From contig CAYJKK010000004.1 of assembly GCA_964370905.1 (NCBI GenBank), positions 38,289 to 102,288 on the forward strand: DNA of 64,000 nt. The letters are read 5' to 3'. Below are positions 10,888 through 21,800 of this stretch, piece after piece. Position 1 is the stretch's first letter. Each line of letters opens with the position of its first letter. The notes beneath the pieces are model-generated. The model did no database searches, was not told the origin of the DNA, and saw only the letters and a program-made list of their open reading frames with translations. The stretch comes from an uncultured Clostridium sp. (GTDB lineage Bacteria; Bacillota; Clostridia; TANB77; CAG-508). The position numbers and the translations under genes are program-made.

Positions 10888-11154
10888 ATGAGTAATAAAT
10901 TTAAAAATAAAAGCCGTGAAAACCTAGCTAATAATATATTAACAATCAGATATGAAAAAGATTTGTCTCAAGAAAAGCTAGCACAATTATCAGGTTCTAG
11001 TTCAAACTATATTAGTAATATTGAAGCAGGCAAAAGAAATCCTTCATTGGATTTTATAGATAATCTTGCAAAAGCACTTGGTGTAGAAAGTGATGAATTA
11101 TTAAAGAAGAATAAAAAAGTTAAACCTAGACTTAGAGTAGATAGTAAAAATTAA
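10888..11154 (+). CDS. XRE-family HTH transcriptional regulator (possible controller protein of the downstream R-M-like operon)
   Basis: HTH LSQEKLAQLSGSSSNYISNIEAGKRNPS. RBS GGAGGT lies 7 nt before the ATG at 10888 (the ORF track starts at 10873). Confidence 0.8.
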   Translation: MSNKFKNKSRENLANNILTIRYEKDLSQEKLAQLSGSSSNYISNIEAGKRNPSLDFIDNLAKALGVESDELLKKNKKVKPRLRVDSKN

Positions 11155-11180
11155 AAATAGCGTAAAAGCTATTTTTTTTC
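11154..11180 (+). terminator. Intrinsic terminator after the XRE gene
   Basis: AAAATAGC-gtaaaa-GCTATTTT followed by a T run. Confidence 0.6.
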
Positions 11181-11332
11181 GTTATATAAATTTTTTCATA
11201 AAATGATGTTATTTTTTAAGATAACAATAGAAAATTTGTTTAGTATGTGATATAATTCGACTAAGAATTTTAGTATAAAAGAATGTATTTAAGTTAATTG
11301 TAAATTCTTGGAGCAAAGGAGCCGATATATAT

Positions 11333-14300
11333 ATGGAATTAATTGATAATAAAACAAAAAAATTAGGTGATGATTTAAAAAAAGAAATTAAGTCTAATAG
11401 CAAACTAAAGATATGTGCCTCAGTTTTTTCAATGTATGGATTTGAGACATTAAAAAAAGAATTATCTAAAATAGATAATTTAAAATTTATATTTACTGAC
11501 CCTACTTTTGTAAATACAGTAACAGCAAAAAAAGAAACAAGACAATTTGGAATTGGTGAATATAATAGAGAAAAACTAATTAATGGAACAGAATATGAAG
11601 TAAGATTAAAAAATGAATTAAATACAAAAGCAATAGCAAAAGAATGTGCTAAATGGGTGCAAGAAAAGGTTTTATTTAAAAGCAATATAAACAGAAACCC
11701 AATAAATAAATTTATTAATATTGAAACACCACCTGCTATATTATCTAAACAAAAATTAACTACATATTTAAATACGGATGAGTTTAATACCGTAGGTTTT
11801 GGTTATGAAAAAGGAAATGGATTATTTAATCCTATTACTAAAGTTAATGATGATTTTGAAATGAGTAAATATTATATAAAATCATTTGAAGAATTATGGA
11901 ATGATGAAAAAAACTTTAAAGATATAACTAGTGATGTTATATCATATATTTCAGATTTGTATAAAGAAAACTCACCAGAGTTTATATACTATATTACTTT
12001 ATATAATATATTTAATGAATTTTTAGAAGATATAACAGAAGATGAACTAGCAAATGAAAAAACAGGTTTCAAAGAATCTGTAATTTGGAATACACTATAT
12101 GATTTTCAAAAAGACGCAGTATTAGGTTTAATAAATAAGCTAGAAAGACACAATGGTTGTATATTAGCAGACAGTGTGGGACTTGGTAAAACATTTACAG
12201 CACTTGCAGTAATGAAATATTATCAAGAAAGAAATAGAAGTGTTTTAGTATTATGTCCTAAAAAACTAACTGAGAACTGGAATACATATAAAGATAATTA
12301 TAAAGATAACATATTATTTAGGGATAGATTTAACTATGATGTTCTATATCATACAGATTTATCAAGAAAAAATGGTAAGTCAAATGGTATTGATTTATCG
12401 AGAGTAAATTGGGGGAATTATGATTTAGTAGTTATAGACGAATCTCACAATTTTAGAAATAACAATGCTAGAAAAGATAGAGATACTAGATACGATAGAT
12501 TAATGAAAGAAGTTATGAAAGCAGGAGTTAAAACTAAAGTATTAATGCTATCAGCAACGCCAGTTAATAATAAATTTACAGATTTAAAAAATCAATTAGC
12601 ACTTGCATATGAAGGTAATACAGATAAAGTTAATGATAAAATAAGTGAAAGCAAATCAATAGACACGATATTAAGAAATGCACAAAATACTTTTAATGAA
12701 TGGTCTAAACTTCCTATAGAAGAAAAGACAGGAACAGAGCTATTAAGAAGGTTAAATTCTAATTTTGATTTCTTCAAATTACTAGATAATGTTACAATTG
12801 CTAGAAGTAGAAAACATATAGAAAAACATTATGATATGAATCAAATAGGAAAATTTCCAACTAGATTAAAGCCTATTAGTAAGCAAACAGAAATTACAGA
12901 TATTCCAGATTTTATGACAGTAAAACAAATTTCTGAAAATTTAATGAAATTAAATATGAGTATCTATTCTCCGTTTGATTATATTTTAGATTCTAAATTA
13001 GAAGAGTATGAAAAGAAATATGATATATCTGTTAGAGATGGAAAAACAAGATTTAAGCAAGCAGATAGAGAAAAAAGTTTAAAAGTACTTATGAGAATAA
13101 ACTTACTAAAAAGACTAGAAAGTTCAGTAGACGCATTTAGAATTACATTGGTAAAAGTTTTATCACAAATAAATGCTAATATAAGTGCAATAAATAAATT
13201 TGAAAGTGCAGGAATAAATCAGTCTTTTTCAGAAATAGAACTTACAAATTACAATTCAGATGATGACGCTGAAGAATTAATGGAAGATGATTTTAACATA
13301 GGTAAAAATGTAAAAATTGATTTGAAAGATATGAATACTTTAGGTTTTAAAGAAGATTTATCAAAAGATTCTATATTACTAACAGAACTATTAAATGAAA
13401 TGAATAAAATAACACCAAAAGATGACTGTAAATTGCAAGAATTGATAGCTTTAATTAAATATAAGGTGAATAATCCAATAAATCCAAACAATAAAAAAGT
13501 TATTATCTTTAGTGCATTTGCAGATACAGCAAATTATTTATACAAACAGTTATCAACATCTATGAAAGAAAGTTTAGGATTAGAAACAGCTAAAGTTACT
13601 GGTTCTGGAACAAATGAATGTACACTTAAAATAGGGAGTGATTACAATAATTTACTTACTAACTTTTCTCCAAAATCTAAACATAGAGAATTAGTATTAC
13701 CTAGTGCAAGCGATGAAATTGATATTTTAATAGCTACTGATTGTATATCAGAAGGACAAAACTTACAAGATTGTGATTATTTAATAAATTACGATATACA
13801 TTGGAATCCAGTTAGAATAATACAAAGATTTGGTAGAGTTGATAGAATAGGTTCAAGTAATGAAGTTATACAATTAGTAAATTTCTGGCCTAATATAAGT
13901 TTAGATGATTATATCAATCTTAAAAATAGAGTTGAAAATAGAATGTTAATGTTAGATATTTCAGGTACTGGAGAAGATAATGTTTTAACAAACAAATCAA
14001 GTGATATGGAATATAGAAAAGCACAATTAAAAAAATTACAAGAAGAAGTAGTAGATTTAGAAGATATGAGTACAGGTATTGCAATAACTGATTTAGGTTT
14101 AAATGACTTTAGAATGGACTTATTGGAATTTATAAAAAATAGTGATATAAAGTTTGATAAAATTCCAAATGGTATGCACTCAGTAGTGTTTGAAGACAAA
14201 AACATAGGATTAGAAAAAGGAGTAATATATATTCTTAAAAACATAAATAATGATATTAATGTTGACAATGTAAATCAACTACATCCATTTTATTTAATTT

Positions 14301-14614
14301 ACATAAAAGAAAACGGAGAAATAAAATCTAATCATTTAAATATCAAAAATACGTTAGACATTATTAGAAGTGTATCAAAAGGAATGGATAAACCCATTGT
14401 TGAAGCATACACAAAATTCAATGAAGAAACAGATGATGGAAAAAGTATGAAAATGTATTCAGAACTATTAAATGATAGTATTAAATCTATTATTAATATC
14501 AAAGAAGAAAGTGATATTGACAGCTTATTTACAACTGGTGGTACTACTATGCTAAAGAATGATATAAAGGGAATAAGTGATTTTGAATTAATTTCATTTA
14601 TAGTGGTAGTATAG
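11333..14614 (+). CDS. SNF2-family helicase/translocase (1093 aa) with about 270 aa of non-helicase N-terminal domain
   Basis: Motif I DSVGLGKTFTA, motif II VIDESHNFRN, motif III LSATPVNN, motif VI QRFGRVDRIGS. No HxKx4D motif in the N-terminal region. Confidence 0.85.
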   Translation: MELIDNKTKKLGDDLKKEIKSNSKLKICASVFSMYGFETLKKELSKIDNLKFIFTDPTFVNTVTAKKETRQFGIGEYNREKLINGTEYEVRLKNELNTKAIAKECAKWVQEKVLFKSNINRNPINKFINIETPPAILSKQKLTTYLNTDEFNTVGFGYEKGNGLFNPITKVNDDFEMSKYYIKSFEELWNDEKNFKDITSDVISYISDLYKENSPEFIYYITLYNIFNEFLEDITEDELANEKTGFKESVIWNTLYDFQKDAVLGLINKLERHNGCILADSVGLGKTFTALAVMKYYQERNRSVLVLCPKKLTENWNTYKDNYKDNILFRDRFNYDVLYHTDLSRKNGKSNGIDLSRVNWGNYDLVVIDESHNFRNNNARKDRDTRYDRLMKEVMKAGVKTKVLMLSATPVNNKFTDLKNQLALAYEGNTDKVNDKISESKSIDTILRNAQNTFNEWSKLPIEEKTGTELLRRLNSNFDFFKLLDNVTIARSRKHIEKHYDMNQIGKFPTRLKPISKQTEITDIPDFMTVKQISENLMKLNMSIYSPFDYILDSKLEEYEKKYDISVRDGKTRFKQADREKSLKVLMRINLLKRLESSVDAFRITLVKVLSQINANISAINKFESAGINQSFSEIELTNYNSDDDAEELMEDDFNIGKNVKIDLKDMNTLGFKEDLSKDSILLTELLNEMNKITPKDDCKLQELIALIKYKVNNPINPNNKKVIIFSAFADTANYLYKQLSTSMKESLGLETAKVTGSGTNECTLKIGSDYNNLLTNFSPKSKHRELVLPSASDEIDILIATDCISEGQNLQDCDYLINYDIHWNPVRIIQRFGRVDRIGSSNEVIQLVNFWPNISLDDYINLKNRVENRMLMLDISGTGEDNVLTNKSSDMEYRKAQLKKLQEEVVDLEDMSTGIAITDLGLNDFRMDLLEFIKNSDIKFDKIPNGMHSVVFEDKNIGLEKGVIYILKNINNDINVDNVNQLHPFYLIYIKENGEIKSNHLNIKNTLDIIRSVSKGMDKPIVEAYTKFNEETDDGKSMKMYSELLNDSIKSIINIKEESDIDSLFTTGGTTMLKNDIKGISDFELISFIVVV

Positions 14615-14615
14615 T

Positions 14616-15161
14616 ATGATAGAAAATCCAATAGATACACTTTTAAAAATAATGGATTATAGTGAAATTTTACTGAATATTAATGAAAGTATGTATGAAA
14701 TAAAACAGTTTATAAATAAAAAAGACATTACTGCATTAGATTATAGGATGATAGAACAAAAACATAAGAATATAATTGATAGAATTGTTAAAATTTTAGC
14801 GGTTGATAAAAACTTTCCCAACTATGTAAAAACAAACACAGGTATTATACAGTTAAAAGAAAATATACCTTATTTAGAAACAGAAATTCAAAAAATAGTG
14901 TTAAACTATTTAGAGTTGTTAGATACAATTAGGTATGTTAGAAATAAAAAATGCGAACACGAAATTCATAATATGTATACTGTAAATTTATTAAGAGAGA
15001 AAGAGCAATCGAGATTTAATTATGTATATAAACATACAGATGTATATAAAATAAATACTATTGAATTAGAAAGATTGATAGAAGATATAAATGTATTATT
15101 TGACAAAATTTATAGTGATATAAATTTTCAAAAAAATTATAGGATTGGAAATAAAAAATGA
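14616..15161 (+). CDS. Hypothetical protein (181 aa), translationally coupled between the SNF2 and DUF4391-like genes
   Basis: Starts 1 nt after the SNF2 stop. Its 3' end overlaps the next gene by 4 nt (ATGA). Confidence 0.6.
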   Translation: MIENPIDTLLKIMDYSEILLNINESMYEIKQFINKKDITALDYRMIEQKHKNIIDRIVKILAVDKNFPNYVKTNTGIIQLKENIPYLETEIQKIVLNYLELLDTIRYVRNKKCEHEIHNMYTVNLLREKEQSRFNYVYKHTDVYKINTIELERLIEDINVLFDKIYSDINFQKNYRIGNKK

Positions 15162-15775
15162 AAGAAGTATTACCAAAAGATTGTATAGTAAATAGGTTTA
15201 TACCTAAAAAAACATTTTATGAAAAAACTAATGTAAGTGTAGTTACCAAAACTGAATTTATAGATATTGTAGATAAAATAACTTGGAAATATAAACTAGC
15301 TGAAGATACAATTAATATAACTAAAACAGATGAAGTAGAAGAAATAGAAATATTTGAAATTGAATTAAAAGAAAAAAAGATTCCTAGAAATGTTATAAAT
15401 ACAATAGTTAGAGCAATCCCATATAAAATATTATTTATATTAAGTTATAAAGAAGAATTTTGCTATATGATAAATGCCAATCAAAACTATTATAGTAAAT
15501 GGAATGAAGAAATAGAATTTGATTTTTCTGATATCAATTTAGAATATATTTATCAAAATATTGTTAAAAAGCTTATAAAACACGAAGATAATGATAATGG
15601 CAATAAAAATTTCCAACAAATATTAGAAAATAATAAAAAGAAGGAAGAATTAAATAAAAGAATTGACATTTTAAAAAACAAAGTTAAAAATGAAAAACAA
15701 TTTAATAAAAAAGTTGAATTTAATCAAGAATTAAGAAAATTAGAAAGCGAATTGGAGGAATTAATAAATGAATAA
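15158..15775 (+). CDS. DUF4391-like protein (205 aa)
   Basis: Pattern IPKKTFYEK...ITWKYKL...EEIEIFEIELKEKKIP...IPYKILFIL matches my memory of the DUF4391 family, which co-occurs with SNF2 helicases and methyltransferases. Confidence 0.6.
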   Translation: MKEVLPKDCIVNRFIPKKTFYEKTNVSVVTKTEFIDIVDKITWKYKLAEDTINITKTDEVEEIEIFEIELKEKKIPRNVINTIVRAIPYKILFILSYKEEFCYMINANQNYYSKWNEEIEFDFSDINLEYIYQNIVKKLIKHEDNDNGNKNFQQILENNKKKEELNKRIDILKNKVKNEKQFNKKVEFNQELRKLESELEELINE

Positions 15776-17612
15776 ATTAGATATGCAAACAACAGATATT
15801 GTAGATGAAAACATAGAAAAAATAGGAGAGTTGTTTCCAAATGTTATTGTTGAATCTGAAAAAGGAAAAGCAATAGATTTTAATTTACTAAAACAAGAAT
15901 TATCAAAAGTAGCAGTAGATGAAAGTAAAGAAAAATACCAACTTACTTGGCCAGGAAAAAAAGAAAGTATTATAACTGCAAATACTCCTACTACTAAAAC
16001 ATTAAGACCAGTAAAAGAAAAGTCAGTAGATTTTGAAAACACTAAGAATATATATATAGAAGGTGATAACCTTGAAGTATTAAAAATATTACAAGAGTCA
16101 TATTTAAATAAAGTTAAATGTATATATATAGACCCACCATATAACACAGGGAATGATTTTATATATAATGATAAATTTAGTAAAAGCAAAGAAGAAGAAT
16201 TAGAAGAGTCGGGACAAGTTGATGAATATGGTAATAAAATGGTATCTAACCCACAATCTAATGGTAAATATCATAGCGATTGGTTATCAATGATGTATCC
16301 AAGAATAAAGCTTGCTAGAAATTTACTTACTGATGATGGCGTAATATTTATATCAATTGATGATAATGAAGTTGATAATTTGAAAAAAGTTTGTAATGAG
16401 ATTTTTGGCGAGAATAATTTTATATGTGATATTATTAGAAAAACTAAATCTACAACTAATGATAGCAATGTAGGTGTAAATGTGCAACACGAAAATACAC
16501 TTATATATTCTAAAAATAACAATAAATGTAAATTATATGGTGAAGAAAAAACATTTGAAAACTACAAAAATCCTGATAATGATTTGAATGGAGAATGGTG
16601 TTCAGCAGATCCAAGTGCAAGAACAGGTTCTACATTTGAAATAATAAATCCGTATACGGGGAGAGTGGATTTGCCACCTTTAAACAGTTGCTGGAGATTT
16701 TCAAAAAAATCATTTGATGAATTTGTAAAAAGTGGTAAGATAAAATTCAAAGAATCTCATAATGAAAATGAAAGAGGATTTATATTTAAAAGATACAAAA
16801 ATGAAGTTAAGAGTGAATATAATAAAATCGGAAGTTTATTTGGTGTGGACAATAAATATATGAATCAAGCAGCAACTAAAAATATAAATGAATTAATTCC
16901 TGAGTTTAAAGCGTTTGATTATACAAAACCAGTAAACTATATGTTTAAATTATTACAATACTCATCAGATAAAGACACGATTGTTTTGGACTTCTTCTCG
17001 GGATCAGGAACAACAGCACACGCTTGTATGCAACTAAACGCTGAAGATGGTGGGAATAGAAAATACATAATGGTACAATTACCAGAAAAATGTGATGAAA
17101 AATCAGAAGCATTTAAGGCAGGATATAAAACGATTTGTGAAATAGGACAAGAAAGAATTCGTCGTGCTGCAAATAAAATAAAAGAAGAAACGAAAGCTGA
17201 TATTGATTATGGATTTAGAGTATATAAAGTAGATTCATCTAATATGAAAGATGTATATTATACAGCAGATGAATATAAACAAGAGCAATTAGAAATGTTT
17301 ACTACCAATATAAAAGAAGATAGAAATAATAACGATTTATTAACTTCTGTTATCTTAGATTTAGGTTTATCATTAGATTTAAAAATTGAAGAAAAAACAA
17401 TATTAGATAATAAAGTATATTTTATAGACGAAAATTCATTAGTAGCTTGTTTTGATGATAATATAAATATAGAAATAGTAGATAATATTGCAAAATATTC
17501 ACCATTAAAGGTAGTATTTAGAGAAAGTTCGTTTAAGTCCGATAATGATAAAATAAATTTAATGGAAAAGATGAAAAAAATATTGCCAGAAACAGAGGTT
17601 AGTGTAATATAA
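15768..17612 (+). CDS. mod: Type III-like DNA methyltransferase (Mod, beta-class N6/N4 MTase)
   Basis: YQLTWPGKK N-terminal motif. Motif IV IYIDPPYNTGNDF precedes motif I LDFFSGSGTTAHA. Confidence 0.85.
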   Translation: MNKLDMQTTDIVDENIEKIGELFPNVIVESEKGKAIDFNLLKQELSKVAVDESKEKYQLTWPGKKESIITANTPTTKTLRPVKEKSVDFENTKNIYIEGDNLEVLKILQESYLNKVKCIYIDPPYNTGNDFIYNDKFSKSKEEELEESGQVDEYGNKMVSNPQSNGKYHSDWLSMMYPRIKLARNLLTDDGVIFISIDDNEVDNLKKVCNEIFGENNFICDIIRKTKSTTNDSNVGVNVQHENTLIYSKNNNKCKLYGEEKTFENYKNPDNDLNGEWCSADPSARTGSTFEIINPYTGRVDLPPLNSCWRFSKKSFDEFVKSGKIKFKESHNENERGFIFKRYKNEVKSEYNKIGSLFGVDNKYMNQAATKNINELIPEFKAFDYTKPVNYMFKLLQYSSDKDTIVLDFFSGSGTTAHACMQLNAEDGGNRKYIMVQLPEKCDEKSEAFKAGYKTICEIGQERIRRAANKIKEETKADIDYGFRVYKVDSSNMKDVYYTADEYKQEQLEMFTTNIKEDRNNNDLLTSVILDLGLSLDLKIEEKTILDNKVYFIDENSLVACFDDNINIEIVDNIAKYSPLKVVFRESSFKSDNDKINLMEKMKKILPETEVSVI

Positions 17613-18419
17613 ATGAATATTAAAAAATATACATATAATTTTATCTTATTATTCTCAATTGTGCTGAATATATTTCTAGGTATTATTGTAATATTAAGTC
17701 ACTTAGATTTTAAATTTAATATTCTAACACAAGATAATTGGATTGATATTATGCTCTGTTTGATTACAATAATACCGACTAGTATATTTTCATATCTTAT
17801 ATTTAAACAAGCAAAAGATATTAGTAACAGGCAAGAAAAATTTGAAGTAGAACTGCTGCAGAAACAATTCGATGCTTCGCTAAGAGAAAATAGATTAAAT
17901 GTATATAATACTTTTATGAGTTTGAAATATATAGAAAGAATTTATAATAGTGATATAGTAATTTTAAATTTTATAAATCAAAATCACGAAGAAAACAAAA
18001 AAATATTTGATTTATTATTAAAAAAGGAAGAACAAATTATATTGGCATTATGTAATAGTAAGTTATTATTTAAGAATGATTTGGAACTAGAAGAACAAAA
18101 TGATAATTTGGCTAAATTGATTATAGCGTATAGAGAGTGTGCACAAGAATTTGCAAAAAATATCTATAAAGCAAATGATGAGGCGTTATCTTATTTGCAT
18201 ACATATCATTTATATATTCCAACGAAAGTTATACCGAAAAATGTAATAACAAAGAATAAAAAAATATTTAATGATGTAAAAGAAATATTTAGGAAATATA
18301 CAGAAGATTTGAAAAATAAAATAAGTGATATTAGTGATATATTTGATGGAGACTATTATATGAATTTATATGACAAATATATAAATATAGATATAAAAGA
18401 TAGTAGTATTGAAAAATAA
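17613..18419 (+). CDS. Membrane-anchored coiled-coil protein (268 aa), unknown function
   Basis: The ATG directly abuts the mod stop. Two N-terminal TM helices, then a helical Lys/Glu-rich domain. Confidence 0.6.
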   Translation: MNIKKYTYNFILLFSIVLNIFLGIIVILSHLDFKFNILTQDNWIDIMLCLITIIPTSIFSYLIFKQAKDISNRQEKFEVELLQKQFDASLRENRLNVYNTFMSLKYIERIYNSDIVILNFINQNHEENKKIFDLLLKKEEQIILALCNSKLLFKNDLELEEQNDNLAKLIIAYRECAQEFAKNIYKANDEALSYLHTYHLYIPTKVIPKNVITKNKKIFNDVKEIFRKYTEDLKNKISDISDIFDGDYYMNLYDKYINIDIKDSSIEK

Positions 18420-18441
18420 TAAAGTGAGAAAGGAGAAAAAC

Positions 18442-18801
18442 GTGGATAAATATTGTGATAAAGATGATATTACAAATTGGCTAAAAGAAGGTAAACATAT
18501 TTTTTTAGAAAACAGTAGAGTAGCAACAGATAGTGAAGAATTGAAAGAGGAAGAGTTATTTTTTGTTAGTGGAACATCTGAAATAAATAATAATATTGAT
18601 AGAATTACATTAACCCAAATAGATAGTGGTGAAATAGAAAATATATTAAATTATTTAGATGAAAATAGCCTAATAACTAAGAAAGAATTAGAACTAAAAT
18701 ATAATGTAACAAAAGAAAAAGATCATTCTATCAATGCTTTAATTGCTAAAAAATATATTAAAGAAGTTGGAGATAAATATCAAATTATAAAAAGGAGGTA
18801 A
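18442..18801 (+). CDS. Small protein with a winged-helix-like C-terminus (about 119 aa)
   Basis: RBS AAGGAG lies 6 nt before the GTG at 18442 (the ORF track begins at the TTG at 18409). C-terminal segment ITKKELELKYNV...INALIAKKYIKEVGDKYQI. Confidence 0.5.
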   Translation: MDKYCDKDDITNWLKEGKHIFLENSRVATDSEELKEEELFFVSGTSEINNNIDRITLTQIDSGEIENILNYLDENSLITKKELELKYNVTKEKDHSINALIAKKYIKEVGDKYQIIKRR

Positions 18802-18806
18802 AACAA

Positions 18807-21800
18807 TTGAAATTAAAATTTAAAAAACAACAATATCAAGAAGACGCAGTAATGTCAGTAGTAAATTGTTTTGCTGGGCAGAAAAAAGGAAATAGAAAAG
18901 ACTTAATAGCAAGATATACTAAGGTAACTGGTGTCGGATTTTTGGAAGAAAAAGAAGATGTAGAAGTAGTAGCATTCGGGAATAAACAAATCGAACTTTT
19001 AGAAAGTGAAAGAAGATTAAACATTAGAGAAGTACAAAGAGTAAATGATATTAATTATACAGACTCTGCTAGTTTAAATGATTTTACTATTGAAATGGAA
19101 ACTGGTACTGGTAAAACATTTACATATATAAAAACAATGTATGAACTAAATAAGCATTATGGTTGGAATAAATTTATTGTAATGGTTCCATCTATTGCAA
19201 TACGTGAAGGAGTACAGAAGTCTTTTGAAATAACTAAAGATTATTTTCAAGAAATATATCATAAAAAGATTAGATTTTTTGTATATAATTCATCAAATAG
19301 TTCTAATATAGCAAATATAAATACTTTTGCGTCAGATGATTCTGTGCAAGTAATGATAATAAATTATCAAGCATTTAATGCAAAATCAAGCAGTAATAGA
19401 AGAATATATGAAGAACTAGATGAACTGCAATCAAGAAGACCAATAGACGTAATTAAAAGTGTTAGACCAATTCTAATAATAGATGAGCCACAAAAGTTTG
19501 GAGATAAGACTGAGGAGCTATTTAAAGAATTTAATCCACTAATAAAAATAAGATATTCTGCAACACATAAAAAAGGTAAAGAATATAACAAAGTATATAG
19601 GTTAGACGCAATTGACGCATATAATCAAAAATTAGTTAAAAAAATAAATGTAAAAGGTATAGAAGTTCTAAATAACAAATCAGAAGATACATATATGTTT
19701 TTAGAAAGTGTAGATATAAGTCAAAAAAGTGATCCAGTGGCTAAAATGGAAATTGAAGTTAAATCACAAACAGGTGTTACTAGAAAATTAATGAAAATAA
19801 AAGCTGGAGATGATTTATATACAAAGTCAGGTGGATTAACACCATATAAGGGATATGTAGTGAGCGAAGTAGACGCAAGATATGAAGCTTATGATAAAGT
19901 ATTTTTTACAAATGGTAAAGAAATATCATCAGGTCAAGCAATTGGAGATGTAGACGAAGAATATATTGTAAGAATACAAATTAGAGAAACAATAAGAACT
20001 CATTTAGAAAAGGAAAAAGAGTTATTTAAACAAGGGATTAAAGTACTGTCATTATTCTTTATAAATGAAGTAGCTAAATACAAATTTTATGAAAATGGAA
20101 CTGCATTAAAAGGTGATTATGCTAAAATGTTTGAAGAAGAATATATTAATGCTGTAAATGATTTTAGAAGTATAATTGATGAGGAATATACAAAGTATTT
20201 AGATTCATTTGATACTGGTAAAATACACTCAGGATATTTTTCTATTGATAAAAAAGGACAAGTGGTAGATTCAGCAATAAACGATAAAAAAGAATATCTT
20301 AGTTTTGATGAAGGAGCATATGACTTAATAATGAAAGATAAAGAAAGGTTATTATCTTTATCTGAACAAGTTCGATTTATATTCTCACATTCAGCACTTC
20401 GTGAAGGTTGGGATAATCCTAATATATTTCAAATATGTACATTAAAACATAGTAATTCTGAAATTAGTAAAAGACAAGAAATAGGTCGTGGTCTTCGTAT
20501 TTGTGTAAACAATGATGGAGACAGAATGGATTATAATACTTTAGAAAATAATTTCCATATAGTTAATACTTTAACAGTAGTTGCAAGTGAATCTTATGAT
20601 AGTTTTGCTAAATCATTGCAATCAGAAATGTCAGATAGTTTAACAGCAAGACCTAAAAACTTTGTTCAAGAAAACTTTATTGGAAAAGTATTAGTAAATG
20701 AAGAAGGACATAAATATGAATTTACAGCAGAACATTATCAAGACTTTTTATTCCATAATGTAGAATGTGGATATATAGATAGAAAAGATAACTATAAAAT
20801 AACAGATAAATTTATTGATGATATGGAAAATAATAAACTAGAGATAATGGAAGAATTACAACCTTTTGAAAATGAAGTTCATAATTTAATGTTAAAATTA
20901 TACTCTACAAATAATACTAAATTAGTATCAGATGAAAGAAGAGAAAATATAAAAGATTTAAAACCGAATAGTAATTTTGAAAGAAAAGAATTCCAAGAAC
21001 TATGGGACAAAATCAATGTAAAAACAATGTATGAAGTTTCTTTTGATACAAATGAATTAATAGATAAAACAATTAATTCAATTAATGATAAATTAACAAT
21101 AAACAAAATGAAAGTAAGAATAACAGAAGGTAATCAGAAAGAAAATATATCAGCAGTAAGTGTAAATAGTAAAGAATCTATGGTAGAGGCAAAAACAAAA
21201 GTAGAAGTTGTTGATAGCTTTTCAAGTTCTCAAATAAAATATGATTTAATAGGAGAACTGACAAAAGACACTGGGCTTACGAGAAAAACAATTATTGATA
21301 TTTTGAAAAATATCAAAGCAGATAAATTTGAATTTTTCAAATATAATCCAGAAGAATTTTTAAGAAAAGTTTCAAAAATTATAAACGAAGAAAAAGCAAC
21401 AACTGTTATTGATGGAATAACTTATCACAAAACAGATAAAAAATATAGTAATGATATATTTACAATTAATAATGTAAGAGCAGAACTTGGAGAAAATGCA
21501 ATTGATGTAAAAAAACATATATATGATTTTCTTGTAACAGATTCTAATAACGAAAAAGAATTTGCTAAAAAATTAGAAACTGGAGAAGTAACAGTATATG
21601 CTAAGCTACCAAATGGGTTCAAAATACCAACTCCAGTAGGTAACTATAACCCAGATTGGGCAATTGTATTTGATAATGAAGATTTTAAATACATATATTT
21701 TATTGCAGAAACAAAAGGTAGTATGAAGTCAATGGAACTGCGAGAAGTTGAGAAAGCTAAAATAGAGTGTGCTAAAAAGCATTTCAAAGCTATATGTAAT

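Noticed and set aside
11209-11685. Minus-strand 158-aa ORF overlapping the SNF2 gene start. Also similar antisense ORFs at 12592-12777, 13249-13491, 13909-14268, 14332-14640, 15761-16189, 16271-16750, 18836-19024, 19367-19591, 20879-21106, 21425-21622, 22684-22905 and 23083-23427.
   Set aside because: All are antisense to genes with clear catalytic motifs. Their hydrophobic low-complexity composition is typical of the reverse frame of AT-rich genes.
15953-15962. Homopolymeric A tract in mod as a phase-variation switch
   Set aside because: Only about 7 A residues, which is unremarkable in this AT-rich genome. No tetra- or pentanucleotide repeats were seen in mod or res.
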